This document shows, piece after piece, positions 1 through 13,200 of a DNA stretch of 64,000 nucleotides. Position 1 is the first letter of the stretch. Each line of letters begins with the position of its first letter. Made by a program: the position numbers and the translations under genes. Under the pieces are notes generated by a model. It was given only the letters and a program-made list of their open reading frames with translations. It was not told the origin of the DNA and ran no database searches. This stretch comes from Carcharhinus amblyrhynchos. Taxonomy: Eukaryota. The stretch covers positions 16,616,001-16,680,000 of the forward strand of contig OZ336899.1 in NCBI GenBank assembly GCA_965287045.1, in the 5' to 3' direction.

Positions 1-109
1 CCCCGATTGCTGAGAGAGATCACTTCTTCATCTTAATTTACATTCCCTTTGTCCTATTACATCTCCCACACTGCACCCACCCTCCGCCCACTCTTGTAGT
101 ATAAATCTT

Positions 110-232
110 TTATGATTTTCTTTGATCTCAGTTCTGATGAAGGGTCATCCAGACTCGAAATGTTGGCTCTATTCTGTCTCTACAGATGCTGTCAGACCTG
201 TTGAGATTTTCCACGTTTTCTGTTTTTGTTGT
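110..232 (+). mobile_element. Terminal fragment of a probable Penelope-like element containing a degenerate minimal hammerhead ribozyme
   Basis: agtt-CTGATGA-a-GGGTC-atcca-GACTC-GAAA-tgtt-ggct at 130-168, followed by a T-rich tail. Confidence 0.5.
130..168 (+). ncRNA. Type I minimal hammerhead ribozyme-like motif (degenerate)
   Basis: Core boxes CUGAUGA and GAAA flank a 5-bp stem II. Stem I is agtt/ggct. Stem III is the minimal palindromic type with a C->T change (GAAAtGTT). Confidence 0.4.
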
Positions 233-449
233 TGCACATCTGTACAGTCTTATTATCCATTACCTATTTGGATAAGGAAGCACCATGGATGTGGAATCCA
301 TTCAACCGCTTGTCCACAGCGAGTTTGGTGTCTCATCCAAGTTGACTCTTTGGTTTGGAGGTCTAGCAGTTTGCATGAGGTCTACAAAAGGCATTGTATC
401 ATATCCCAGTGATGATGTATAATGATGTATATGATGTATAATATGTCAC

Positions 450-1035
450 ACAGCATCCTGTACTACATCCTGTAACTCTCTGAGGTCTCTGCATTCCTCT
501 AATTCTGGCCTTCTGAGCATCCCTATTTAAGTTGTCCATTGGCGACCATGCATCCAGCTACCTGAAGTCTGGAACCCTTTATCTAGACCTCTCTGCTTCA
601 TCACCTTTCTTTCCTTTAAGATGCTCCTTAAAGGAGTGGCACAGTTGTTAGCACTGCTATCTCACAGATTCCCAGCTTGGGAATTCTTGCACATTCTTCC
701 CATGTCTGCATGGGTTTTCTCTGGGTGCTCTGGTTTCTTCCCACAGTCCAAAGATGTGTAGATTAGGTTGATTGACCATGATAAATTGCTCCTTAGTGTT
801 GGGGGAACGTCAGGAAGATTAGTAGGGTAAATATGTGGGGTTACAGGGATAGGGCCTGGGTGGGACTGTTGCCGGTGCAAGCTCGATGGGCCAAATGGCC
901 TCCCTCTGCACTGTCGAGATTCTATGATTCTAATCCTCTCTCTCTGACTGAGTTTTTTCCTCACTTGGTCTAATATCTTTTCTCATCACTCTGTGTCAAA
1001 TTTTGTCTGACAATCGATCCTGTGAAGCACCTTGC
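450..1035 (+). mobile_element. Old L2-like LINE 3' end, split by the SINE at 633-932
   Basis: Decayed LRSS...LWN.L...FK.LLK-type C-terminal coding resumes after the SINE and ends near tgtgaagcaccttg. Confidence 0.55.
633..932 (+). mobile_element. tRNA-derived V-domain SINE (HE1-like)
   Basis: A-box-like head tggcacagttgttagcactgct, V core gggttttctctgggtgctctggtttcttcccacagtccaaagatgtg, and CR1-type tail gggccaaatggcctcc...ttctatgattcta. Confidence 0.85.
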
Positions 1036-2629
1036 AGCAGAAATATGAGGTTTTTATCAAATAACTCTGAGCTACATTGAACAGCAGGGTCTCAAGTGAA
1101 AAGACTAATGTCCAAGTCACTGCACCAACCAATCCCCAATTGAAAAACCAAAGATTCCATTTTTAAACTGTAACAAATAACTGTGCAGTGTATAAGATAG
1201 ATATGGTGGTGCAGTGGTTATGATATTAGATTAGCAACATAGAGGTTGTGGGAGGGGATGGTAAGTATGACAAAACTGAAAATGTATTTGATAAAGCCTT
1301 AAGAAAAGCCAATAGCTCAAATGTGGAATGCATAGATGGGATTTGTAATGTCCTGAGATAGAGAGGAAATGTGAGCAATTGTGTTTATTTTGGAATATGT
1401 TGATTGTACTGAAGGTGAGCCTTTCACTGTGGTTGTTGTGGGATGTGGTTTATCTCAGTTGAGAACATGGAAATAAGTGACAAACTCTTTTTGTATGAGA
1501 TTCCTTTCCCATTAGAATCATCAAATGGCCTTGACACTTCCTTATAGACTCTTTCAGGGAAAACATGCATCTTCCACTGCAGGAGCTAGTATTTCATCTC
1601 ATGTTATTTGACCAACATCTTCTGCAGGATAATTGACCATGTTGTCTGATTTGTTCATTACCAAATAAAAAGCTTCAACGATATTAGTTTCAACCTTCTA
1701 CCGCTGAATGTTCGAAGTCAGTACCACAGTCAAATTTAATGTCAAATGCTCCAACAACTTCATTAACAACCCAATCTTTTCATAATGCAAAAATCCAAAC
1801 TTTAATTTTTGCCTACTAACAAAAGTGAGCCAAACAAGACATATATGCCAAGGCCATATGAACCACAGTGTTCCTGTACCTTACCAGTCAACAAGCTCAC
1901 TCATTCTCTTTCCTCAGGTACATATCCGAAACAACAATTATCTCCAATACAACCGCACCTTCAATTTCCACACAACTACCTTTCAGAGCCCGAAGTAGTG
2001 CATCATACTTTATTACATCAAAGGCATCTTCTTTTCACAATTCAAAATCCAAAAGCAATCTTCCTCCTTCTCTATTTTACCCACATTAAACAAAAAACAT
2101 TCAATGGTGCCAATTTCAAATTTCATTACAACAGACTTTAGCATTCGCAGCAGGAGAAACAATATTACCAATTACTCAATCTCGACATAACAAGGATATC
2201 ACTAGTCTCACTGCTCCAGTTTCTTCTATTGAGAGAAGCAGTCTACCAGCACCACACATGGACAACTTCACTTTTAGCCACTCACCACTATATTGAACAT
2301 GCAAAATGGTTCATCGTACACTGGTACGTCTTCAATCTAATTCACATCAGAGTCACCAGTACTTCTGCACAAATTCTTTAACTTCTATTCCAGAAACAAT
2401 GATCCCATCAGGTGTCATACAAGGTATAGTTTCCTATTTAAGCTCTGATTCAGTAACATAATCCCTTTTATCACCTGCCAATAAAGGACCTTCTAGACGA
2501 TCATTTTTACAACCCACTTCAAACAAATCCAACATTATAGCACACTAAGGAATATCAGAAGTAACACTGACATTGTTGATGACTCAAGTTTCTCTTGACA
2601 CACAAGTCCAGAGTTCTGCTCTAAGCAAA

Positions 2630-3114
2630 AAGAATGCAGGTAAGATTTACTAGGATGCTACCAGGACTTGGTGGTTTGAGATATAAGGAGAGACTGGATG
2701 GACTGGGACTATTTTCCCCTGGAGCACAGGAGACTTAGGGATGGTCTTATAGAGGTCTATAAAATAATGAGGGGCATAGATCAGCTAGAAAGACAACAGC
2801 TTTTCCCAAAGGTAAAGGAGTCTAAAACTAGAGGGCATAGGTTTAAGGTGAGAGGGGTAAGAAATAAAAGGGTCCAGAGGGACAATTTTTTCACACAGAT
2901 GGTAGTGAGTGTCTGGAACAAGCTGCCAGAAGTAGTAGGTACAATTTTGTCTTTTAAAAAGCATTTAGACAGTTACATGAGGGGTATGGAGGGATATGGG
3001 CCAAACGCAGGCAATTGAGGCTAGCTTAGAGGTTAAAAAAAAGAACGGCTTGGACAAGTTGAGCCAAAGGACCTTTTTACATGCTGTAAACCTTTACAAC
3101 TCTATGACTCTATG
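2630..3114 (+). mobile_element. CR1 LINE 3' fragment
   Basis: RFTRMLPGL...RRLRDGLIEVYKIM...TRGHRFK...FFTQMVVSVWNKLP, then a 3' hairpin and ctatgactctatga tail. Confidence 0.9.
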
Positions 3115-3199
3115 AGCATCTCTTCTAATGGAACAACCATCCAGTTACATAGAACAAATACTTCAGTGGCAATCCCTCATTCAACCACATCATTATCAT

Positions 3200-3375
3200 A
3201 ATTATTTCACCCAGAGGGTTGTTGCAGTCAGGAATGAATTTCCTGTGAATGTGGTGGAGGCATGTTCAATTGCGATATTCAAAAGGGAATTGGATTTCTA
3301 TCTGCAAAGAAAGGTTACAGGGTAGGGCACTAGAGAGCCAGTGCAGATTCAGTAGGATGAATAGCCTCTTTTGTG
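3200..3375 (+). mobile_element. CR1 LINE short 3' fragment
   Basis: YFTQRVVAVRNEFPVNVVEACSIAIFKRELD. Confidence 0.8.
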
Positions 3376-3729
3376 AAAAATCCTCAGCTGCTCCCAATGT
3401 CGCAGTCTCCAATAAATATCTATGCCCCTTTGATAATTTCTGCATTATTCAAATTATTAAATATTCCTCTGACTCCTTCACTATTATCTTCCACAAAACA
3501 CTTCCATTCCAGATACCAGCACTTCTGCCTATGTAACATCAGGGATACCCTTTTCTGAAGTTCTGAAAGGTCAGAAAAATCTCAGGTCCCTGGAACATTT
3601 TACAATCTCAATTGGACAGTCTTCCCTGAGTCCATTCAATTGCACAGCAGCAGAAAAAACAGTTCCCAGGTTAATTCCTCAATCTTCTTGGAGCAAAGAA
3701 ACAGTTTTATTCCCACAGCCCCTAAAGGC

Positions 3730-4120
3730 TAAAGGATGATCAAATTGAAATGTACACAATTATGAGGGAATGAGATAGGATTGAGAGGAAAAACATATTT
3801 CCCAAAGCTGAGGGGTCAATAATTAGGAGGCATAGATTTAAGGTGATGGGTAAATGGATTAGGGAAGCCATGAGGAAAAGCATTTTCATCCAGAAATTAG
3901 TGGGCATCTTGAATTCATTGCCTAACTTGGTGGTTGAGGCTGAAAGACTCAAGTCACTAAAAAGAAAACTGGATCAGCATCTAAGGTACTCTAACCTGCA
4001 AGGCTGTGGACCAGGTGCTGGAAAGTGAGATTAAAATGAGTGGCTAGTTTCCCTTTTAGTCTATGCAGACTCAATGGGCTGAATGGCCTCTTCCTGCACC
4101 ATTACTTTTCTAAGTTCTAT
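3730..4120 (+). mobile_element. CR1 LINE 3' fragment
   Basis: IEMYTIMR...RRHRFKV...FIQKLVGILNSLPNLVVEAE, then gggctgaatggcctc hairpin and ttctaagttctatg tail. Confidence 0.85.
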
Positions 4121-4217
4121 GGCTTTTCACACTGATTTCTTTAACTGGTGCCTGTAACAGTGATGCAAACTTCATTCCCAATACATACATTTGTATCTAA
4201 TGTGGTTCCATTCTTAG

Positions 4218-7200
4218 TGTCTTCATCATCTACCAGTTCTAACCAAACATGGCAACTGACTATAAACTCTGTTTCATCCACAGTCATTGAAGCCTCCTCA
4301 ACAGAACAAACTACAACTAAAGTCTCTCAAGATTTGTCTTCACCAAATACAACACAGTTGTCAGAAACTTGGTACTCAAATGGTACACAGAAAATGAACA
4401 TTACGTCTAATCACTCCACAATACCCAAAATCTCAACACCAGAATTAAAAATAAAACACAGTTCCACAATGGAAGTTCACTCTTCGTCTCTGACAACCAC
4501 CTACATGACTTCCACCAGCAAACATTCATCAAAAAGCAGTACGAACCCCACACAAGTGTCATTGATGACAAACACTTCCTCAGAAAACCATTCAATATCA
4601 ACAAATTTATCTTCCACGATGAACAGGTCATCAAATCCCAGTGAAACATCCACAATATTTCCAACAAAGACTGAAACTATGTCAGACATGTCGGCAACAA
4701 AGAACCAAGTCTCATCTGTGACTGATGTCTCGTCACAAAACCAATCAACTGGAACCAGTGTATTATCCACTGCCAAAAGCTTGTCACAAGCAAAACCCAC
4801 ACCAAATTATTCATCATTAGCGACTCCAACTTCATTAGAAACCAATCGCACTGGAATGGCAGGAACAGTGTCTTCATCAGAGACACAACCAACAACAATA
4901 CAACTTTCTTCAATAAGGAGGTCCTCAATAGAAACCAGTTCAAAACCACTGAGTTCATCTGCATCTGTATCAGAAAACAGTCAATTAACTGCAAAAGTGT
5001 CATCTGTAACTGAGTCTTCATCACAATACCATTCAACAATGACACAGGGAGAATCAATGACTGAATCTTCAGCAGAAACAAAGACAGTAAACAGTCCAGG
5101 ATCACTGATAACTGAATCGTCATCAGGAACATATCCAACAATGACACAGTTAACATCCAAAACTGGATCTTCAGTACAAACCACTACAACAACACCATTA
5201 GTGTCATCTATCACTGAGACTACAACAGAAACCCATTCAACAGCAACAAAATTATCTGCGAAAACCGAGGCCTCATCGCAAATGTATCCCACACCAACAC
5301 AAAAGTCAGCAGCGACATTGTCTTCATTAGAGACTCATCCAACAACAATAGTAGCATCATCAGTAGCAGAATCCTCATCAGAAACCTACTCAAGATCACA
5401 TGGATCGTCCTTATCAGCTTCGACACTGGAATTCAGTCCCACATCAACACCAGTGTCACCCATAACTGAGTCATCTGCACAATCCTATCCAACAATGGCA
5501 CAATCATCAATAAAAACCGAGTTTGCGACAGAAACCAGTCCTGCAACATTACAACTGTCATCTGTTGCTGAATCATCATCCAAAAACCACCCAACCGTCA
5601 CAGAAGTATCATTGGTCACGGAACATTCATCTTCAACACGCACAGAAATGACACAGACATCATCAGTAACTGGATACTTAGAAGAAAGCACTGCAACAGC
5701 AGCACGAGTGACGTCGATAACTGCGAAATCATCAGAATCCCGTCCATCAACAACATACACATCATTAGAAACTCAACCTTCATCAGAAAACCATCCAACA
5801 ATAACACACCTGTCTTCAATCACTCAGACCGCATCAGAAACTAAAGCAGCAACTCAAGCATCCTCAATATCTGTGCATTCGTCAGAAATGTATCCTGCAC
5901 CACGTCATGTTTCAGCAGTAACACTGTCTTCATCCGAGTCCCAGCCAACAACATTGCCACTTTCTTCAATAGCAGTGTCGTCAGCAGAAACCCATTTAAC
6001 ACCACAAATATCAACAATTTCTACTTCAGAAACCACACCAGTAACATCAGAAGTGTCATCTGTAACTGAACATTCATCAGAACCCCAATCAACAGTAACA
6101 CAAGGAGTATCAATGACTGTGTCTTCTGCGGAAACTGAGACAGAAAACAGTTCAGTATCACATTTAACCGAATATTCATCAGCGACACATCCAACAGTAA
6201 CACAGTTACCATCCACAACTGGATCCTCAATACAGACTACTTTAACAACACCACTAGTGTCATCTATCACTGAGAATTCAACAGAAAACCCTTCACCAAC
6301 AACAAAAATAACTGCGAAATCCGAGGCCTCATCGCAAATGTATCCCACACCAACACAAATGTCAACAGCAACACTGTCTTCATCAGAGACTCACCCAACA
6401 ACAATAGAAGCATCATCAGTAGCAGAATCCTCACCAGAAACCCATTCAACATCATATGAATCATCAATATCTGCTTCTACATTGGAAATCAGTCATACAT
6501 CAATACCAGTGTCATCCATAACTGAGTCATCATCACGATCCCATCCAACAATGACACAAACATCTTCAAAAACTGGGTTTTCTACACAAACCAGTCTGGC
6601 AACATCACATCTGTCATCTGTAGCTGAATCCTCATCCAAAATCCACACAACCGTCACAGAAGCATCATTGGTGACCGAACCTTCATCATCAACACACACT
6701 GAAATGACACAGGTATCATCAGTGACCGGATCCTCAGAAGAAAACACTGCAACAGCAGCACAAGTGACGTCGAGAACTGAGACATCATCAGAATCCCGTC
6801 CATCAACAACATACACATCATTAAAAACTGAGCCTTCATCAGAAACCAGTCCAACAATGACACACATGTCATCAATCACTGAGGCCACATCAGAAATTAA
6901 AACAGCAACTCAAATGTCATCAATACATTTGCCTTCATCAGAAATGTATCCTACACCAAGTCAGTCCCAGCCAACAACATTGCCACTTTCTTCAATAGCA
7001 GCAGAAACCCATTTAACACCACAAGGCTCATCAATAACTATGTCTACTTCAGAATCCACACCAATAACATCAAAAGTGTCATCTGGAACTGCACCTTCAT
7101 CACAACCCCAATCAACAACACAAGGAGTATCAATGACTGAATCTTCTGCGGAAACCGAGACAGGAAACAATCCAGTATCACAGATAACTGAATATTCATC

Positions 7201-10200
7201 AGCGGCACATCCAAGAATGACACAGTTAACATCCACAACTGGATCTTCAGTACAAACTACTTCAACAACACCATTAGTGTCATCTGTCACTGAGAATTCA
7301 ACAGAAACCCATTCAACAACATCAAAAATATCAGTGAGAACTGAGGCCTCATCGCAAATGTATCCCACACCAACACAAGTGTCAGCAGCAACACTGTCTT
7401 CATCAGCGACTCACCCTACAACAATAGAAGCGTCATCAGGAGCAGAATCCTCATCGGAAACCCATTCAAAATCACATGGATCATCAATATCTGCTTCGAC
7501 ATTGGAAATCAGTCATACATCAATACCAGTGTCATCCATAACTGAGTCATCTTCACAATCCCATCCAACAATGGCACAATCATCATCAAAAATCGAGTTA
7601 GCTACAAGAACCAGTCCTGCAACTTCACAGCTGTCATCCGTAGCTGAATCATCATCCGAAAACCACCCAACCATCACAGAAGTATCATTGGCAACTGAGC
7701 CTTCATCATCAACAAACACAGAAATGACACAGGTATCATCAGTAACTGGGCCCTCAGAAGAAAGCACTGCAACAGCAGCCCAAGAGACATCTATCACTCA
7801 GAAATCATCAGAATCCCATCCAGCAACAACATACACATCATTAGAAACTCAACCTTCATCAGAAAACCATCCAACAATGACACACCTGTCTTCAATCACT
7901 GAGACCGCATCAGAAACTAAAGCAGCAACTCAAGCATCCTCAATATCTGTGCATTCATCAGAAATGTATCCTGCACCACGTCATGTTTCAGCAGTAACAC
8001 TGTCTTCATCCGAGTCCCAGCCAACAACATTGCCACTTTCTTCAATAGCAGTGTCGTCAGCAGAAACCCATTTAACACCACAAGTATCAACAATTTCTAC
8101 TTCAGAAACCACACCAGTAACATCAGAAGTGTCATCTGTAACTGAACATTCATCAGAACCCCAATCAACAGTAACACAAGGAGTATCAATGACTGTGACT
8201 TCTGCGGAAACTGAGACAGAAAACCGTTCAGTATCACATTTAACCGAATATTCATCAGCGACACATCCAACAGTAACACAGTTACCATCCACAACTGGAT
8301 CCTCAATACAGACTACTTTAACAACACCACTAGTGTCATCTATCACTGAGAATTCAACAGAAAACCCTTCACCAACAACAAAAATAACTGCGAAATCCGA
8401 GGCCTCATCGCAAATGTATCCCACACCAACACAAATGTCAACAGCAACACTGTCTTCATCAGAGACTCACCCAACAACAATAGAAGCATCATCAGTAGCA
8501 GAATCCTCATCAGAAACCCATTCAACATCGTATGAATCATCAATATCTGCTTCTACATTGGAAATCAGTCATACATCTATACCAGTGTCATCCATAACTG
8601 AGTCGTCATCACGATCCCATCCAACAATGACACAAACATCTTCAAAAACTGGGTTTTCTACACAAACCAGTCTGGCAACATCACATCTGTCATCTGTAGC
8701 TGAATCCTCATCCAAAATCCACACAACCGTCACAGAAGCATCATTGGTGACCGAACCTTCATCATCAACACACACTGAAATGACACAGGTATCATCAGTG
8801 ACCAGATCCTCAGAAGAAAACACTGCAACAGCAGCACAAGTGACGTCGAGAACTGAGACATCATCAGAATCCCGTCCATCAACAACATACACATCATTAA
8901 AAACTGAGCCTTCATCAGAAACCAGTCCAACAATGACACACATGTCATCAATCACTGAGACCACATCAGAAATTAAAACAGCAACTCAAATATCATCAAT
9001 AAATTTGCCTTCATCAGAAATGTATCCTACACCAAGTCAGTCCCAGCCAACAACATTGCCACTTTCTTCAATAGCAGCAGAAACCCATTTAACACCACAA
9101 GGCTCATCAATAACTATGTCTACTTCAGAATCCACACCAATAACATCAAAAGTGTCATCTGGAACTGCACCTTCATCACAACCCCAATCAACAACACAAG
9201 GAGTATCAATGACTGAATCTTCTGCGGAAACCGAGACAGGAAACAATCCAGTATCACAGATAACTGAATATTCATCAGCGGCACATCCAAGAATGACACA
9301 GTTAACATCCACAACTGGATCTTCAGTACAAACTACTTCAACAACACCATTAGTGTCATCTGTCACTGAGAATTCAACAGAAACCCATTCAACAACATCA
9401 AAAATATCAGTGAGAACTGAGGCCTCATCGCAAATGTATCCCACACCAACACAAGTGTCAGCAGCAACACTGTCTTCATCAGCGACTCACCCAACAACAA
9501 TAGAAGCGTCATCAGGAGCAGAATCCTCATCGGAAACCCATTCAAAATCACATGGATCATCAATATCTGCTTCGACATTGGAAATCAGTCATACATCAAT
9601 ACCAGTGTCATCCATAACTGAGTCATCTTCACAATCCCATCCAACAATGGCACAATCATCATCAAAAATCGAGTCAGCTACAAGAACCAGTCCTGCAACA
9701 TCACAGCTGTCATCCGTAGCTGAATCATCATCCGAAAACCACCCAACCATCACAGAAGTATCATTGGCAACTGAGCCTTCATCATCAACAAACACAGAAA
9801 TGACACAGGTATCATCAGTAACTGGGCCCTCAGAAGAAAGCACTGCAACAGCAGCCCAAGAGACATCTATCACTCAGAAATCATCAGAATCCCATCCAGC
9901 AACAACATACACATCATTAGAAACTCAACCTTCATCAGAAAACCATCCAACAATGACACACCTGTCTTCAATCACTGAGACCGCATCAGAAACTAAAGCA
10001 GCAACTCAAGCATCCTCAATATCTGTGCATTCATCAGAAATGTATCCTGCACCACGTCATGTTTCAGCAGTAACACTGTCTTCATCCGAGTCCCAGCCAA
10101 CAACATTGCCACTTTCTTCAATAGCAGTGTCGTCAGCAGAAACCCATTTAACACCACAAGTATCAACAATTTCTACTTCAGAAACCACACCAGTAACATC

Positions 10201-13200
10201 AGAAGTGTCATCTGTAACTGAACATTCATCAGAACCCCAATCAACAGTAACACAAGGAGTATCAATGACTGTGTCTTCTGCGGAAACTGAGACAGAAAAC
10301 CGTTCAGTATCACATTTAACCGAATATTCATCAGCGACACATCCAACAGTAACACAGTTACCATCCACAACTGGATCCTCAATACAGACTACTTTAACAA
10401 CACCACTAGTGTCATCTATCACTGAGAATTCAACAGAAAACCCTTCACCAACAACAAAAATAACTGCGAAATCCGAGGCCTCATCGCAAATGTATCCCAC
10501 ACCAACACAAATGTCAACAGCAACACTGTCTTCATCAGAGACTCACCCAACAACAACAGAAGCATCATCAGTAGCAGAATCCTCATCAGAAACCCATTCA
10601 ACATCTTATGAATCATCAATATCTGCTTCGACATTGGAAATCAGTCATACATCAATACCAGTGTCATCCATAACTGAGTCGTCATCACGATCCCATCCAA
10701 CAATGACACAAACATCTTCAAAAACTGGGTTTTCTACAGAAACCAGTCCTGCAACATCACATCTGTCATCTGTAGCTGAATCCTCATCCAAAATCCACAC
10801 AACCGTCACAGAAGCATCATTGGCGACCGAACCTTCATCATCAACACACACTGAAATGACACAGGTATCATCAGTGACCAGATCCTCAGAAGAAAACACT
10901 GCAACAGCAGCACAAGTGACGTCGAGAACTGAGACATCATCTGAATCCCGTCCATCAACAACATACACATCATTAAAAACTGAGCCTTCATCAGAAACCA
11001 GTCCAACAATGACACACATGTCATCAATCACTGAGACCACATCAGAAATTAAAACAGCAACTCAAATATCATCAATAAATTTGCCTTCATCAGAAATGTA
11101 TCCTACACCAAGTCAGTCCCAGCCAACAACATTGCCACTTTCTTCAATAGCAGCAGAAACCCATTTAACACCGCAAGGCTCATCAATAACTATGTCTACT
11201 TCAGAATCCACACCAATAACATCAAAAGTGTCATCTGGAACTGCACCTTCATCACAACCCCAATCAACAACACAAGGAGTATCAATGACTGAATCTTCTG
11301 CGGAAACCGAGACAGGAAACAATCCAGTATCACAGATAACTGAATATTCATCAGCGGCACATCCAAGAATGACACAGTTAACATCCACAACTGGATCTTC
11401 AGTACAAACTACTTCAACAACACCATTAGTGTCATCTGTCACTGAGAATTCAACAGAAACCCATTCAACAACATCAAAAATATCAGTGAGAACTGAGGCC
11501 TCATCGCAAATGTATCCCACACCAACACAAGTGTCAGCAGCAACACTGTCTTCATCAGCGACTCACCCAACAACAATAGAAGCATCATCAGGAGCAGAAT
11601 CCTCATCAGAAACCCATTCAAAATCACATGGATCATCAATATCTGCTTCGACATTGGAAATCAGTCATACATCAATACCAGTGTCATCCATAACTGAGTC
11701 ATCTTCACAATCCCATCCAACAATGTCACAACCATCATCAAAAATCGAGTTAGCTACAACAACCAGTCCTGCAACATCACAGCTGTCATCCGTAGCTGAA
11801 TCATCATCCGAAAACCACCCAACCATCACAGAAGTATCATTGGCAACTGAGCCTTCATCATCAACAAACACAGAAATGACACAGGTATCATCAGTAACTG
11901 GGCCCTCAGAAGAAAGCACTGCAACAGCAGCCCAAGAGACATCTATCACTCAGAAATCATCAGAATCCCATCCAGCAACAACATACACATCATTAGAAAC
12001 TCAACCTTCATCAGAAAACCATCCAACAATGACACACCTGTCTTCAATCACTGAGACCGCATCAGAAACTAAAGCAGCAACTCAAGCATCCTCAATATCT
12101 GTGCATTCATCAGAAATGTATCCTGCACCACGTCATGTTTCAGCAGTAACACTGTCTTCATCCGAGTCCCAGCCAACAACATTGCCACTTTCTTCAATAG
12201 CAGTGTCGTCAGCAGAAACCCATTTAACACCACAAGTATCAACAATTTCTACTTCAGAAACCACACCAGTAACATCAGAAGTGTCATCTGTAACTGAACA
12301 TTCATCAGAACCCCAATCAACAGTAACACAAGGAGTATCAATGACTGTGACTTCTGCGGAAACTGAGACAGAAAACCGTTCAGTATCACATTTAACCGAA
12401 TATTCATCAGCGACACATCCAACAGTAACACAGTTACCATCCACAACTGGATCCTCAATACAGACTACTTTAACAACACCACTAGTGTCATCTATCACTG
12501 AGAATTCAACAGAAAACCCTTCACCAACAACAAAAATAACTGCGAAATCCGAGGCCTCATCGCAAATGTATCCCACACCAACACAAATGTCAACAGCAAC
12601 ACTGTCTTCATCAGAGACTCACCCAACAACAATAGAAGCATCATCAGTAGCAGAATCCTCATCAGAAACCCATTCAACATCTTATGAATCATCAATATCT
12701 GTTTCGACATTGGAAATCAGTCATACATCAATACCAGTGTCATCCATAACTGAGTCGTCATCACGATCCCATCCAACAATGACACAAACATCTTCAAAAA
12801 CTGGGTTTTCTACAGAAACCAGTCCTGCAACATCACATCTGTCATCTGTAGCTGAATCCTCATCCAAAATCCACACAACCGTCACAGAAGCATCATTGGC
12901 GACCGAACCTTCATCATCAACACACACTGAAATGACACAGGTATCATCAGTGACCGGATCCTCAGAAGAAAACACTGCAACAGCAGCACAAGTGACGTCG
13001 AGAACTGAGACATCATCTGAATCCCGTCCATCAACAACATACATATCATTAAAAACTGAGCCTTCATCAGAAACCAGTCCAACAATGACACACATGTCAT
13101 CAATCACTGAGACCACATCAGAAATTAAAACAGCAACTCAAATATCATCAATAAATTTGCCTTCATCAGAAATGTATCCTACACCAAGTCAGTCCCAGCC

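Larger units (their letters stand above)
1516..4120 (+). pseudogene. Decayed mucin PTS-like segment (dead 5' part of the giant exon) interrupted by three CR1 fragments
   Basis: After a good acceptor (ttcctttcccattAG, 1515) the strand turns A/C-rich. It reads as S/T/P-rich peptides broken by stops and frameshifts, e.g. HASSTAGASISSHVI*PTSSAG*, SNAPTTSLTTQS, SETTIISNTTAPSISTQ and SSNGTTIQLHRTNTSVAIPHSTTSLS. Confidence 0.6.

Noticed and set aside
411-445. Short (atgatgtata)-like triplication
   Set aside because: Trivial local slippage repeat.
4148-4217. ORF-track start 'M' at 4148 as the true N-terminus
   Set aside because: The codon is GTG and no convincing signal peptide follows. Phase-1 acceptors nearby point to an upstream first exon.
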